Shown here: positions 19,336 through 29,977 of the stretch, in pieces
Numbering within the stretch: the stretch's first letter is position 1
Layout: each line of letters starts with the position of its first letter
Virus record (IMG/VR): IMGVR_UViG_3300038312_000193
Strand: one strand, 5' to 3'
DNA: 64,000 nucleotides
Origin: a virus
Notes under the pieces: model-generated
The model's input: the letters and a program-made list of their open reading frames with translations, nothing else
Databases searched by the model: none
What the model was told of the DNA's origin: nothing
Position numbers and translations under genes: made by a program

Positions 19336-19920
19336 TTAGTTATCTTTTACCTCCCAATCATTTATATTTATGCGATATTTATTTAATTGTTCTTTAAATT
19401 GATTTGTTTTGTGAAAACCACATGATTTATATTCATAACACCAACCCCTGTATATACAATCAGGTACGCAAACACTATATAATTCAGGTTCTTTATATCT
19501 TAAACTTTTTAAAAATAGTTTCCATGCTTCTCTAGTTTCAGGCATTGCTTGATTACATAATCTTTTTCTACTAATATTAATAACTGCTTGTGGATTTGCT
19601 TCACATTCATGATCAATTAATGTTCCTTGTGGTGCATTATCTCTATTATCTCTATTTCCCGTTCTGTCAGGTCTTTGACTTTTAACCCAATGTTCAATTC
19701 CAAATTTATGACGTACAAAATGTACACTTATCCATGACTTTAAATTAATCCATTTCCAATTAATATGTATTTTTCTTATTGGAGAATGTTCACATAAAAG
19801 CATTTTCCTTTTCCAATTAGAAGAAGGTTCGTTTGTTCCTGCCTCCATCCCAATTGTAGTCCTAGCTGCATCTGCTACATCTCTCCAGGTGCCTTTTACT
19901 TTTATTAATTTAACGTCCAT
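19336..19920 (-). CDS. thyX: FAD-dependent thymidylate synthase
   Basis: EHSP, VHFVRH, SQR, RLC..A..ETR motifs. Confidence 0.8.
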   Translation of the reverse strand: MDVKLIKVKGTWRDVADAARTTIGMEAGTNEPSSNWKRKMLLCEHSPIRKIHINWKWINLKSWISVHFVRHKFGIEHWVKSQRPDRTGNRDNRDNAPQGTLIDHECEANPQAVINISRKRLCNQAMPETREAWKLFLKSLRYKEPELYSVCVPDCIYRGWCYEYKSCGFHKTNQFKEQLNKYRININDWEVKDN

Positions 19921-20073
19921 TAATTAATCCTTTCTATTATATAATTATATATTTCCTTTCTTTAATTTGAAAACAATCTAAATACAATTAAATACCATAC
20001 ATAAACACATAATCCTATCCCAAAGGCAAGTATTAGATTTGCTAGTTTATTTGACAATACATTATCACCTCGT

Positions 20074-21331
20074 TTACTTAAAAAATATATATTCAAAACT
20101 TGGCATATAATTATATTGCAAATCTTTATTGATATAAACTAATACTAAATCTTTAATAATACTATTGCGTTCATATTTATTTTCACAATTTTCATTTACT
20201 ACTTTAAAATGACAATCCATATTACATATGTAACCACGCATAAATTCGGGTATATCTTCAGCACATTGTAAAATTACTTTATCTTCGTTTTCTTTGAATT
20301 TTTGGACAGTTGTAATATTAAATAAATATTTATTGTTTTGCGATATTTTAATTATTGGTACTCCTTTAATAAAATTCATATATTTAAATCTCCTTTCCCT
20401 TTTATCATTTCTTTATACATTTCAAACGCTTTTCTATAATTCTTATCTAATTCTTTTAATACCTTAATAAAATCATCACTTAATTCTTGAATATAATTAC
20501 AATCTAAACATTTTAATATAACCTTATCATTTTCTTCTACTGGCACTAAATTTTGATGATTTGAATTATTACCACAAGTTAAAGGATGAACAAATTGATT
20601 ATCTTGATATGAAGTTAGTATTTTAATTTTTTGTTTATTAGTCATTTTGTTTATTCCTCATATTATCTTTAACTCTACTAATAAACATTTGTTTTAATTT
20701 CCCAATTTCACCTTCTTTAAAATTTAATTCTCTACACATAGTTTGACAGGCCTTAAGTAGTGCAGTATCTAAAATGAAATTTTCTAATTGTAGTCTTTGA
20801 TTTTCAAGTTGAAGTTGAATTATGTAGTTTTCACTTCTCATATTAATTCTCACTTTCTTTTGCTATTATAAATGATCCATTGTAGCACATCCAATACATA
20901 TTTAAACTCCCGTCTTCTCCTTTAATAAAATAATCTTCTTCACCAAAACCATCTTCATGTTTTATTAATTCATATACTTTATTAGGTTCAATATAATCCT
21001 TTACGGGACTTTTATTATCCGTGTGGGCAAGCCAATGGGTAGCCTCGTCAATATTATTTGTGATTGTATAATCCAATAACTATGTACCTCCTATGTTTAT
21101 TTATTATGTATTTTCTATATATTTATTTTACTATTTTAATTAGAAGTTTTCAAGAATAATTTTCCATTTATCTTTGTTTTGTTGAAATGTTTGATGATCC
21201 TGACAGTTTTGGATTTCTTCTATATTTTTATAAGTGATTTCAATACCTTTTAAAGTACAAGTAGATTTTTTAAGGTTATTTGGTTTTTCTAATTCACAAT
21301 AATGGATACATACGGGTAAAGTACATTTCAA
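20074..21331 (-). other. Five small hypothetical CDS (20074-20379, 20376-20645, 20638-20853, 20843-21076, 21140-21331)
   Basis: Co-oriented, mostly overlapping ORFs with RBSs; no recognisable motifs. Confidence 0.6.
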
Positions 21332-21398
21332 TATGATTAACCTCCTTTTAATATTGATTTAAAAGAAAGCAGGAGAATGAACCCCCTGCTATTTCTAT

Positions 21399-21923
21399 TT
21401 ACTTACCTGAATCACCCAAATAACTTAATCCTCTTATAGATTTCATTTCGAGAAGTTCTTTATAATCAATTTCTTTTACTTCAACTTTTGGAACGGGGAG
21501 CAATACTACTTGACATATTGCTTTTTCATAAGAATAAAATATAAAATTGTTTAAACTACCACGAGTTGTTCCAAATAATTCTTCTACCACTTTTGATTTA
21601 GATACATTTTCTTTAATTATAATTAAATGTCTATCATTATGATTAGTAATGGGTACAAACCATTCATTTCTATATCCAGAATCTATAACTCCACATCTTT
21701 GACCAATTCCTTTTGTTCCCGTACTCCCTCTCTCAAAGAGTTGAAAATAGTAATCTGAAGAACATGCACTTGCTATACCAGTAGGTATCATTTCTGTGCT
21801 ATGTGGTTTAATCCATATAAAATCTTCTTCAAAATTAGCGTACACATCATATCCTGCATTCTCTTCTATTTTTGATGGAATTATTGCATCTGGATTTACT
21901 TTTGAAAAATAAATTTTATCCAT
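21399..21923 (-). CDS. dut: Trimeric dUTPase
   Basis: AGYDVY, ERGSTG, GVIDSGYR, RG...LGDSG. Confidence 0.92.
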   Translation of the reverse strand: MDKIYFSKVNPDAIIPSKIEENAGYDVYANFEEDFIWIKPHSTEMIPTGIASACSSDYYFQLFERGSTGTKGIGQRCGVIDSGYRNEWFVPITNHNDRHLIIIKENVSKSKVVEELFGTTRGSLNNFIFYSYEKAICQVVLLPVPKVEVKEIDYKELLEMKSIRGLSYLGDSGK

Positions 21924-21924
21924 A

Positions 21925-22146
21925 TTAATTCTCCTTTTTATTTATATTTTTATTGTTTATAATACCAATAAGTAAAAATATTAATCCCAAACATAATATA
22001 TTTGAAAAAATATCATTTGGATTTGGTTGATAATAATCTAATTTATAAAGAATTGCACCTACGATATTTATTAATCCTGCTAACATAAGTATTAAATTTA
22101 TAATTTTTAGAAATTTATTTTCTTTGTTTTTAATCCAATTAATCAT
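21925..22146 (-). CDS. Two-TM hypothetical membrane protein
   Basis: Two hydrophobic helices; GAAAGGAG RBS. Confidence 0.6.
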   Translation of the reverse strand: MINWIKNKENKFLKIINLILMLAGLINIVGAILYKLDYYQPNPNDIFSNILCLGLIFLLIGIINNKNINKKEN

Positions 22147-22167
22147 AACTTTCTCCTTTCAAAAAAA

Positions 22168-22197
22168 ATCAACACCAAATGTCTCTTTGGAACACAG
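22168..22197. repeat. 12-6-12 site abutting the TnpB right end
   Basis: ATCAACACCAAA-TGTCTC-TTTGGAACACAG. Confidence 0.75.
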
Positions 22198-22320
22198 TTG
22201 AAAAACTTTTCCTATTAAACCCAATAGGCTACCAGTCATTAACTAGGTTGTGTCCCGCAACATCTACTACTTCAACTACTTAAACTTATGCTATCCGTAG
22301 ATACTTTAAATTATTATATT
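22177..22320 (-). ncRNA. Putative TnpB omegaRNA (scaffold ending ..TTTTTCAAC, then guide)
   Basis: Non-coding 3' of tnpB with CCTATTGGGTTTAATAGG hairpin and IS200/605-type TCAA(C) end; 5' boundary uncertain. Confidence 0.6.
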
Positions 22321-23485
22321 TAGTAACTTTATATTGTGAGTTGTCGTTAAGAATATTAATTGCTCCATTAACATCTCTATGCATTATATAACCACAATTA
22401 CATTGATAATTTCTACCTTTTGGTGAATTTAAATTTCCACAACAAGGACACCTCTTGGAAGTCCAATATTCTTTAACTTTGATTAATTTAATATTACTTC
22501 TAATTAATTTATTTTCTAATTGTAACATTATCAATCCATAACACCATTGACTTAATTTTTGTCGAGTTTTTCTACTACCCCTCCCTTCTATTTTAGTATT
22601 TCTAGTACAATCATCTAAATCTCCGTAATAAACAATAGAAATATTATTTTGTAAACAATAATCTAAATAAAGCTTAGTGGTTTTATGTACTGCATCTAAG
22701 ATTTTATTATCAGTATCATATTTTAAATTTTGCATTGCTTTACTATATTTTTTATACTGTTTACTTCCTTTAATGCATTTGCTTTGTCTACTTCTTAATT
22801 TAGCTAACTCTTTATTTCTAAGTCTTTTTATACTTCTAATCTTTCTACCAGTAATTATAATTACATTCCCATTATTATCAATTGAAGTTATACTATGTAT
22901 TTCACCTAAATCTATAGCTGATTCATTATTGGATTGAATTAAATGTTGTTTATTTTCTTCTTTATATTTAATAGCTAGTTTTAAACCATTACGATAAACC
23001 AATTCAATCTCTACAATATTATTAGGAATGTTTTTTAGATGGCATTTAATAGGTTTTTGTCTTCTTTGTTCCTTTTGTTTATTTAATATCATTGGTTTTG
23101 CTAGAGTTAAATATTTTTCATCTTTATATATTTTAATATTTTGATATGTCCAACCAGTATTAAAAAATTTCTTTTCTTTATATGGTAGTTTAACTTTATT
23201 ACTATTTTCGTGTTTTGCCATTATTGATTTCCACATTGCATCCCTAGCAGTAACATATTTTATAATTACAAAATTAATACTATTTGCTAATAATATTGGA
23301 ACAGATTTTTTCATCATAAACTGCAATTCAGATTGAGTAAGAGATTTATTAAATTTCTTACGATTTTTTTGATCTGCTTTAACACAAGCATTCCATACTT
23401 TTGCTGAATATTTGTTACATTTCATAAGATAATCATAATCTTTTTTATTACAATTTACTGGCACTATTAATGTTTTATAAAGTAT
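22286..23485 (-). CDS. tnpB: Solo TnpB RNA-guided endonuclease (IS200/IS605 family, IS1341-like, no tnpA)
   Basis: AIDLG (RuvC-I), EYWTSKRCPCCG/CNCG Zn finger, HRDVNGAINI (RuvC-III); probable ATA start at 23485 after GGAGG. Confidence 0.92.
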   Translation of the reverse strand: MLYKTLIVPVNCNKKDYDYLMKCNKYSAKVWNACVKADQKNRKKFNKSLTQSELQFMMKKSVPILLANSINFVIIKYVTARDAMWKSIMAKHENSNKVKLPYKEKKFFNTGWTYQNIKIYKDEKYLTLAKPMILNKQKEQRRQKPIKCHLKNIPNNIVEIELVYRNGLKLAIKYKEENKQHLIQSNNESAIDLGEIHSITSIDNNGNVIIITGRKIRSIKRLRNKELAKLRSRQSKCIKGSKQYKKYSKAMQNLKYDTDNKILDAVHKTTKLYLDYCLQNNISIVYYGDLDDCTRNTKIEGRGSRKTRQKLSQWCYGLIMLQLENKLIRSNIKLIKVKEYWTSKRCPCCGNLNSPKGRNYQCNCGYIMHRDVNGAINILNDNSQYKVTKYNNLKYLRIA

Positions 23486-23517
23486 AATTAACCTCCTTCC
23501 TTATTGTTTTAAATAAT

Positions 23518-23581
23518 ATCAACACCAAACAAACCTTCTGTCATGATTTCATGTTTCACAAACGCCTATTTCTAGGCATTC
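23518..23581. repeat. 12-6-12 site plus companion upstream of tnpB
   Basis: ATCAACACCAAA-CAAACC-TTCTGTCATGAT, 12 bp, AAACGCC-TATTTCTA-GGCATTC. Confidence 0.75.
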
Positions 23582-23588
23582 GCAAAAA

Positions 23589-23970
23589 CTACTTTTTGAG
23601 TTTTTCTTGTCTTTGATGCTCTTTTTTAGCTTTTTCGTAATTTGGACTAAATTTACACAAGACATATTCTTTAAAATTACATTTATCACATTGATTTTTA
23701 TTGAAGAGGTCAATTCTGTAGCAGGTTCCAAAAGACGGACGGAAACGTAATTCCCTATCTTCACTCATTTCCATTAGTACCTCCAATAATTTCTTCTAAT
23801 TTTCTTAAATTATCTCCATCTCTAACTTTAATTAACATTTTATAATTTTCAGATTCATTACATATTAAGAACTCATCATATAATTGATCTTCATCGGGGA
23901 ATGTACGCAACCTATAACATTCATTTGCTTTTAGACAAGTAAATTTTTTACACATTACTATATTGGTCAA
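23589..23970 (-). other. Two small Cys-rich hypothetical CDS (23589-23786, 23761-23970)
   Basis: Co-oriented ORFs with RBSs. Confidence 0.55.
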
Positions 23971-23985
23971 GATTTAGTTCTCCTT

Positions 23986-24441
23986 TTATATTTCTATTTT
24001 ATATATCTTTTGATTACTTGTTGCTAATTTAATTCCATTTTGAATATTATCATTTACCTCTAATTCAGGAATATATTTACCTGTTTTAATATAGTTACAA
24101 TATCCAATTATTTCATCTGGTATTTCTTCAATTTCATATCTAGTGAACAACCAAATATTTTTATTAAATTTCTTTAAATCTGATAATAATTTAATTAACT
24201 CATCATAATCCTGGTCTAATGGTTCTCCTCCCATAATCATAATATTGTCAATTAATAAATCAAATTCTTCTATTCTACGTTTAATATAAGATATATATTT
24301 ATTATTATATTCTGCTCCTTGATCAAAATCCCAAGATTCAGGATTATGGCAATCCTTACAGTGTGGATTACCATTACATCCTGCTACATAAATATCTAAT
24401 GATTTATTTTTTAAAGTAAAATCAATATATAGTATATTCAT
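23986..24441 (-). CDS. nrdG: Anaerobic RNR activating enzyme (radical SAM)
   Basis: GC.....CKDCHNPESW, GGEPL, SNQ motifs; adjacent to nrdD. Confidence 0.9.
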   Translation of the reverse strand: MNILYIDFTLKNKSLDIYVAGCNGNPHCKDCHNPESWDFDQGAEYNNKYISYIKRRIEEFDLLIDNIMIMGGEPLDQDYDELIKLLSDLKKFNKNIWLFTRYEIEEIPDEIIGYCNYIKTGKYIPELEVNDNIQNGIKLATSNQKIYKIEI

Positions 24442-24443
24442 TA

Positions 24444-26348
24444 TTATATATCTGACCCCTTATACCATTGTCTATTAGGGAAATCCTTTTCCCTTCTTAC
24501 TTCATGCCAATTTTTAATTGATGTTAAAAACCCAACTACTCTAGTAAACTTATTAATAATATTACCACCACAAATTGTACATTTATCACTAGTTGTAACA
24601 CATATATGACCTTTTTCACATTCAGCAATAACATAATTTATTGCAAAATAAACTACTCCCATTTTTGCACAAGTCTCAATTAAGTTTTCAATTTGAGTTA
24701 AATCTTCTATAGGAGTATCAATATTTATATGGGCAATTGCCCCTCCACTAAAGTGCTTATCAAAAACACCTTGTAATTTAATTCTATCTAATACATTTGC
24801 TTTAGTAGTAAGTGGTATAAATTGATTACTATAAATATTATATGTATCTTGATATTTTAAAACTTTATCTTTATTGGCAAGTTTAATTGATACATTTTCT
24901 GCTGGAATTTGCTCACAATTATGTGGTGTTTTATACTGTTTTGCACATTTATCGTTTTCAATATTTATAGTTTCAATAATACTTAATCCTAAGTCAATTC
25001 CATTTTGCTCTAAAATATTTTCTCCTAAAATGTCTATACACTCATTAAATCCATTAATACCAACGGTACTATATTGAGTATTGATATTAATAAAACCTAA
25101 TGTATATAAAGGATGATTGCCATTATTAATCCTCTTTTGAATTAATTTTCTTTTGGCATGATTTATTTTAGAACACAACTGGACTAAATGCGCTAATTCC
25201 ATATAAAATGTTTCTTTATTATTTTTATGCTTTATTGCCAATCTAGGGAGATTGATTGTAACTACCCCAAGACTACCAATTTTACTTGAACCTGAACCAA
25301 AACTATTAAAATATTCATTATTTTTGTCTGATCTCAACCGACAACATGAACTTAACGTAGAACTATCACCACAATAAATATTAATAAATCCATACTTCTG
25401 ATTATGTTTTGCTATAAATTTAATGAATTCCCTGTCTTTTATATTATTGTTTTCATCTATAGAAAAACAAGCAGTAGTAATTGGGAATGTAATAGGAGTT
25501 CTTTGCATTTCAGTATTCATAATAGTTAAGAACATATCTTGTAATTGTTTGATTATATTTATATCTAATCCACTACCATCTGGGAAAATATAATCATCTT
25601 TCATTGCTTCTAAAAATATATCATCATAAATGGATATATTAGTAAAACAACTTTGGTTTCCTCTCATTGGTTGATTAATAGTGTAAATAAAACTAATTAA
25701 ATTTTCCTTTATATACTTCCATGCATCTTCTTTAGTTGAAAACTTAAATTTAGCATCTGACAATGTACTAAGAATATTCTTAACATAATAACTCATTACA
25801 ATTAATAAATCAGCTAATCCAGTTGCTCCTAAAGTTGAGTTTGCTGCAATAATAGTAAATTGTTCAAGTTGTGATTTAAAGGAATAAAGATATTTTGGTG
25901 GAAAAGATTTAATTTTTTTGACCATCGGTAAACCTTTAGTCATAATATCGTATGTAGAATAATTATAGCAGTATGGGAGTCCTGCACCAATACCATGAAA
26001 ATCATTTATATAAATATCACCAATGAGGTTTCTTTCTACAGTTTCATTAGCAATCTCTAAATTAAATAATCTTCTTAATTCTTTCCAAACCATATAATAA
26101 CTATTTAACCGAAGGAAAGGTTTTGGTAATTCAGTACTATAGGCAATAACACTTATATCGTCAACATTAGCATTTGCATCAATACTAGCATCTGCCGTAG
26201 TTGATACTGAGAAAAACTTCTTACTGAATTTACTCATATCCGTTTGCTCACCAATTCCATCTAAATCAAATATTTTTGACGGATATTTTGACCGTAGATA
26301 CATCATTAAATCATCGAACTCTTGATCGTAACTAACTTTTATATACAT
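24444..26348 (-). CDS. nrdD: Class III anaerobic ribonucleotide reductase, no ATP cone
   Basis: SSCCRL, GSLGVVTINLPR, EQIPAE, C..GH..C..CG, TRVVGF glycyl radical motif. Confidence 0.93.
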   Translation of the reverse strand: MYIKVSYDQEFDDLMMYLRSKYPSKIFDLDGIGEQTDMSKFSKKFFSVSTTADASIDANANVDDISVIAYSTELPKPFLRLNSYYMVWKELRRLFNLEIANETVERNLIGDIYINDFHGIGAGLPYCYNYSTYDIMTKGLPMVKKIKSFPPKYLYSFKSQLEQFTIIAANSTLGATGLADLLIVMSYYVKNILSTLSDAKFKFSTKEDAWKYIKENLISFIYTINQPMRGNQSCFTNISIYDDIFLEAMKDDYIFPDGSGLDINIIKQLQDMFLTIMNTEMQRTPITFPITTACFSIDENNNIKDREFIKFIAKHNQKYGFINIYCGDSSTLSSCCRLRSDKNNEYFNSFGSGSSKIGSLGVVTINLPRLAIKHKNNKETFYMELAHLVQLCSKINHAKRKLIQKRINNGNHPLYTLGFININTQYSTVGINGFNECIDILGENILEQNGIDLGLSIIETINIENDKCAKQYKTPHNCEQIPAENVSIKLANKDKVLKYQDTYNIYSNQFIPLTTKANVLDRIKLQGVFDKHFSGGAIAHINIDTPIEDLTQIENLIETCAKMGVVYFAINYVIAECEKGHICVTTSDKCTICGGNIINKFTRVVGFLTSIKNWHEVRREKDFPNRQWYKGSDI

Positions 26349-26567
26349 TTATTTCACTATCTCCTGTAACGTAATTATTTCATCATCTTTTATTATCATC
26401 GGGAAGTTCATTAATCCTGCAATTCTTGCCTGTTTTATATATCTAGTTAAATTAAACTCTGGTATTTCATCACTGAGTTTATATGTATATTCTATACCTT
26501 TATTATCTAGTATAGATTTTGTCATATTACAGCGTGAACAATTTGGTATTCCAATTACTAATATCAT
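26349..26567 (-). CDS. Glutaredoxin/NrdH-like redoxin
   Basis: CSRC motif and cis-Pro FP; abuts nrdD. Confidence 0.8.
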   Translation of the reverse strand: MILVIGIPNCSRCNMTKSILDNKGIEYTYKLSDEIPEFNLTRYIKQARIAGLMNFPMIIKDDEIITLQEIVK

Positions 26568-26585
26568 CTACTACCTCCTTTACAA

Positions 26586-28530
26586 TTAATAAACAGCACC
26601 ACAACATTGACAATAAACTTCCGTTACATCTTCATATGCAGGAAACCCCATATACTCATTTCTATAATCTTTAAAAGTTTTGAAATTCAGTTGACTTAAA
26701 CATCTGGGGCATATATTATGTTCAATGGCATAATCCTCAATATCTTGTCTATCAATGGTATTTAAGATTTCAATAATTTCTACTGGTAAGTATTTTTCTT
26801 CTAATATTTGTATTAAATCATCCATATGTATATTATTACTTTCTCCTGTTTTTATTTTATAGTTTTAATTGATTACTTAATAAGTATTTGGGTATTACAT
26901 TTTTTACAATAGATATTGTTGTTTTCATCTCTGTAAATATCAGTTTCTAAATTAATATGTTCCTGGCAGTTCGGATTTGGGCATATTATTATTTCTGCCA
27001 TATAATTTTACTCCTTTCTTAAACTTAACCAATTATTTCATCTCCATTATCCATAATTTTCACCTTCTTTCTTTATTAATATAATTATATTATACTTTTA
27101 ATTTAATGTCAATATCCATTTCATTTACTTCTTCTAAATCATCTTTGTGGAACCAATCTCCATCTAACGGTCTACCCTGTTTATCAGTATCGGTTATTAT
27201 ACATCTAAAATCACAGAACATATTATCGTCTGAAATAAAATGTCCAATCATATAACCTGTTTGACATAAGTATTTTTTATGGTATTCTTCGTTAAATTCT
27301 CCATATCTTTCTAATTCAACCTTTTTGGTATTTTGCAAAGATATGATTTTATAATATTTCAATTATTTTCTCCTTTCTTAATATATTACTTATTTAATAG
27401 TGACTTTAATATCAATACTTTGCCATATAACATATCACTTATATCTTCAATTTCGGATTCACTTTTATCATCGTAACATTCCCAATTTGCCCAATCATAT
27501 AGATAAAGTTCAATATCATCAATTAATTCTTGTGCAAGTTCTCTAAAATCTTTACTAATCAAATGTACGGTTAATTTATCTTTATGAACTATAATATAAC
27601 TACAATAATGCGAAGATACTAGATGAAAATCCCAACCTTCAGCATCAAAGAAAATTGTAACTGGTCTATTATTTTTTAATCCATAAATAAAAGCATCTAA
27701 ACAATTATTGGGCACGTTAGTTAGGTAACTTGCTCTTAATGAAAGATTACTAAGTTCTAGATTAACCCATCCATTTTTAGGTTTTGTAAACATATTATCT
27801 CCTTTCTTAAATCATTACCAAATTATTGATTTGTAATGATTTTTCTTCTTACCTTTTCATCTTTATAATTCATACACTTAACCCACAAATCTTCATTATC
27901 ATGAAAACAATTAACGCATTGCTTAAACATTGCACTTGGATCACCAAATGCTTTACATAATTTTTTTGCTAATTCTAGTGTCATTAAATCCCTCCATTTG
28001 TATTTATTATTATATTATAGTTTTATTGTAAAGGGGAGGAAGTACTAAACTTCCTCAATACTAATCTCAATTTTATACTCACATTCACCTAACAACGAAT
28101 TAGCAATTCCCTGGAACCTTTTAATTGCTTCTTCACCAGACATAGTTTTATTAAGAGTAATACCAAAAGCATTTGATTTAGGTTTAGGTGTCTCAGTAAT
28201 TGGTGGAACATTTGTTGTAGTATCTTTTGATTCAGTTTCTTTCTTTGCTTCATTATTTTCTTGAGTCTGTTGCTTTTGAAGTTCTAATTGCTTTTGTTGC
28301 TCTCTTTCTAATTTCTTCTGTGCTTTTTCCTCTTCGGTCATTTTCTTTCTGCCAACGGTTTTACCTTCAAGATATTTTCCTACCATATTACTTACTGCAA
28401 TGTGAGCTACATTCCAATGTTCTGCTAACATTTTGTTTTCAGGATAGATTGTTTTTAGTTCTTTTAATGCTATGATCTTTTGGTCATCTGGTAGAGATTT
28501 AACTTGTTCGTAAGTATAGGATTCGTACAT
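26586..28530 (-). other. Hypothetical CDS (26586-26825, 27090-27362, 27386-27793, 28045-28530 and smaller ORFs)
   Basis: Co-oriented ORFs with RBSs. Confidence 0.6.
27809..27842. repeat. Most symmetric copy of the 12-6-12 site
   Basis: AAATCATTACCAAA-TTATTG-ATTTGTAATGATTT. Confidence 0.8.
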
Positions 28531-28860
28531 GCTAATACCTCATTTCAATTTGTTTAGTTTAATTTTATTATAAGTATTAACATGTTATGTTGTAAATAAA
28601 CAAATTAATAATTAGGTTTATTTCACTCTATATAAAGTAAAAATTTTATTTTAATCATAATCTGGCACACATAATTCATTATCTCTAGTTAATTTTTTAT
28701 TTAACCATTTTTGATAATAATCTACTGGACATTTATATTTATCATCAAGACAAGGACAATCAGGATGATTATTTTTATATACAAAAGGACAACTATTTCT
28801 ACAAAAATCACTTATTAAACTCATTTTTAACCTCCAATCAATATTTTAACAAAACAGATA

Positions 28861-29121
28861 TTAGGTCACGATCTTCTTTATAAATTCAAATAATTCCATC
28901 TTAAAATCATCTATATTCTTATATCCACCAGCATCAAATATTGGTATATTATAATGTTTTGCAATTCTTAATGCTTGACCAGTTCCACCACTACCCTTAC
29001 CGTTTTTAGTCCAACATATAATAAAATTAGATGGTGTATTTAAATCTTTTCCTAGTACTTGATGGCTATTTCTTGCTTGAAGTTTCTTAGCACCTTGTTT
29101 TAAATTGTGCCAATTTGGTGA
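28861..29121 (-). pseudogene. 5'-truncated SLOG/DprA-like phage protein
   Basis: PNW..L....KLQARNSHQVLG.DL..PS.FIICWT..G...GGTGQALRIA....IPIF with no start and an upstream in-frame TAG. Confidence 0.7.
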
Positions 29122-29243
29122 CTAAACAAAATATATAAGTTCCTTGATATGTATCTTTGTTATGTGGTTTTCGTGTATAATATTTTTTATTAATTTTTAA
29201 TGTCATTTTATTTTTCCTTTTCTATTATAATCAAACCAAGATT

Positions 29244-29708
29244 CTATATTATGTCTAATTCACTTATATTTATAAGATTTGAAGTACCATTTTTATTCTT
29301 ATAAAAAGCGTTACCTAACGCACATGTATTAGGTTTATCAGAACACCAAAAAAATTCTATTTCTTCACCATCTTTAAAATCACCATTAAAATATATTCTA
29401 TTATTAATTCTTTTATATTTTGCTTTTAATGGCATATCAAAACCATAATGTTTATATATATTTATCATTTCTTGTTGGTTTAACATATCTATCTCCTTTC
29501 CTTAAATTAAATTGAATATTGGCAGTTCATTTGCCCATATTAAACTAATAATTTCTTCAAGGGATAAATTTAACCCAAGACTTTGTACTTTATTTACTGT
29601 ATCTAAAATATGATTATCTGTATATGGAGTATGCCTTATAATATCATAAATCATATCTATTACTTTTTGATTACCACCACACCAATTAAACCATTCTTCA
29701 TTAGTCAT
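29244..29708 (-). other. Two hypothetical CDS (29244-29486, 29502-29708) between sites 29224 and 29735
   Basis: ORF track, RBSs. Confidence 0.6.
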
Positions 29709-29832
29709 TATTGAACCCCCTCCACTCTCTAAATATCATCATAAAATTCCAATTTGGTATTGTTTTTAGGGTTTAAGAATCCCATAATATTGGGATTCTT
29801 AAAATTGTAATTTTAGAATATTTAAACGTAAA

Positions 29833-29919
29833 AGAGAGCAAACTCCCATGTTTATCCCACGGTTAGGGATTCCGTTTTTATTGGGCATGGAACTGATTTA
29901 TTCAACCCCTTCGCTCTCT
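29833..29919 (-). ncRNA. Candidate ~87-nt sRNA or structured leader
   Basis: Ends pair (AGAGAGCGAA/TTTGCTCTCT) followed by a T-run; starts at the predicted TSS. Confidence 0.55.
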
Positions 29920-29925
29920 AGTAAT

Positions 29926-29954
29926 AGTATATATTTAGTTGTCAGTATTGTCAA
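29926..29954 (-). promoter_or_regulatory. sigmaA promoter
   Basis: TTGACA-17 bp-TATACT. Confidence 0.8.
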
Positions 29955-29977
29955 GTATTTTTATTTTATAGTTTTAA

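Noticed and set aside
27022-27051. Possible extra 12-6-12 sites at about 27022, 53562, 60548 and 62959
   Set aside because: Only one arm matches, so they were not counted
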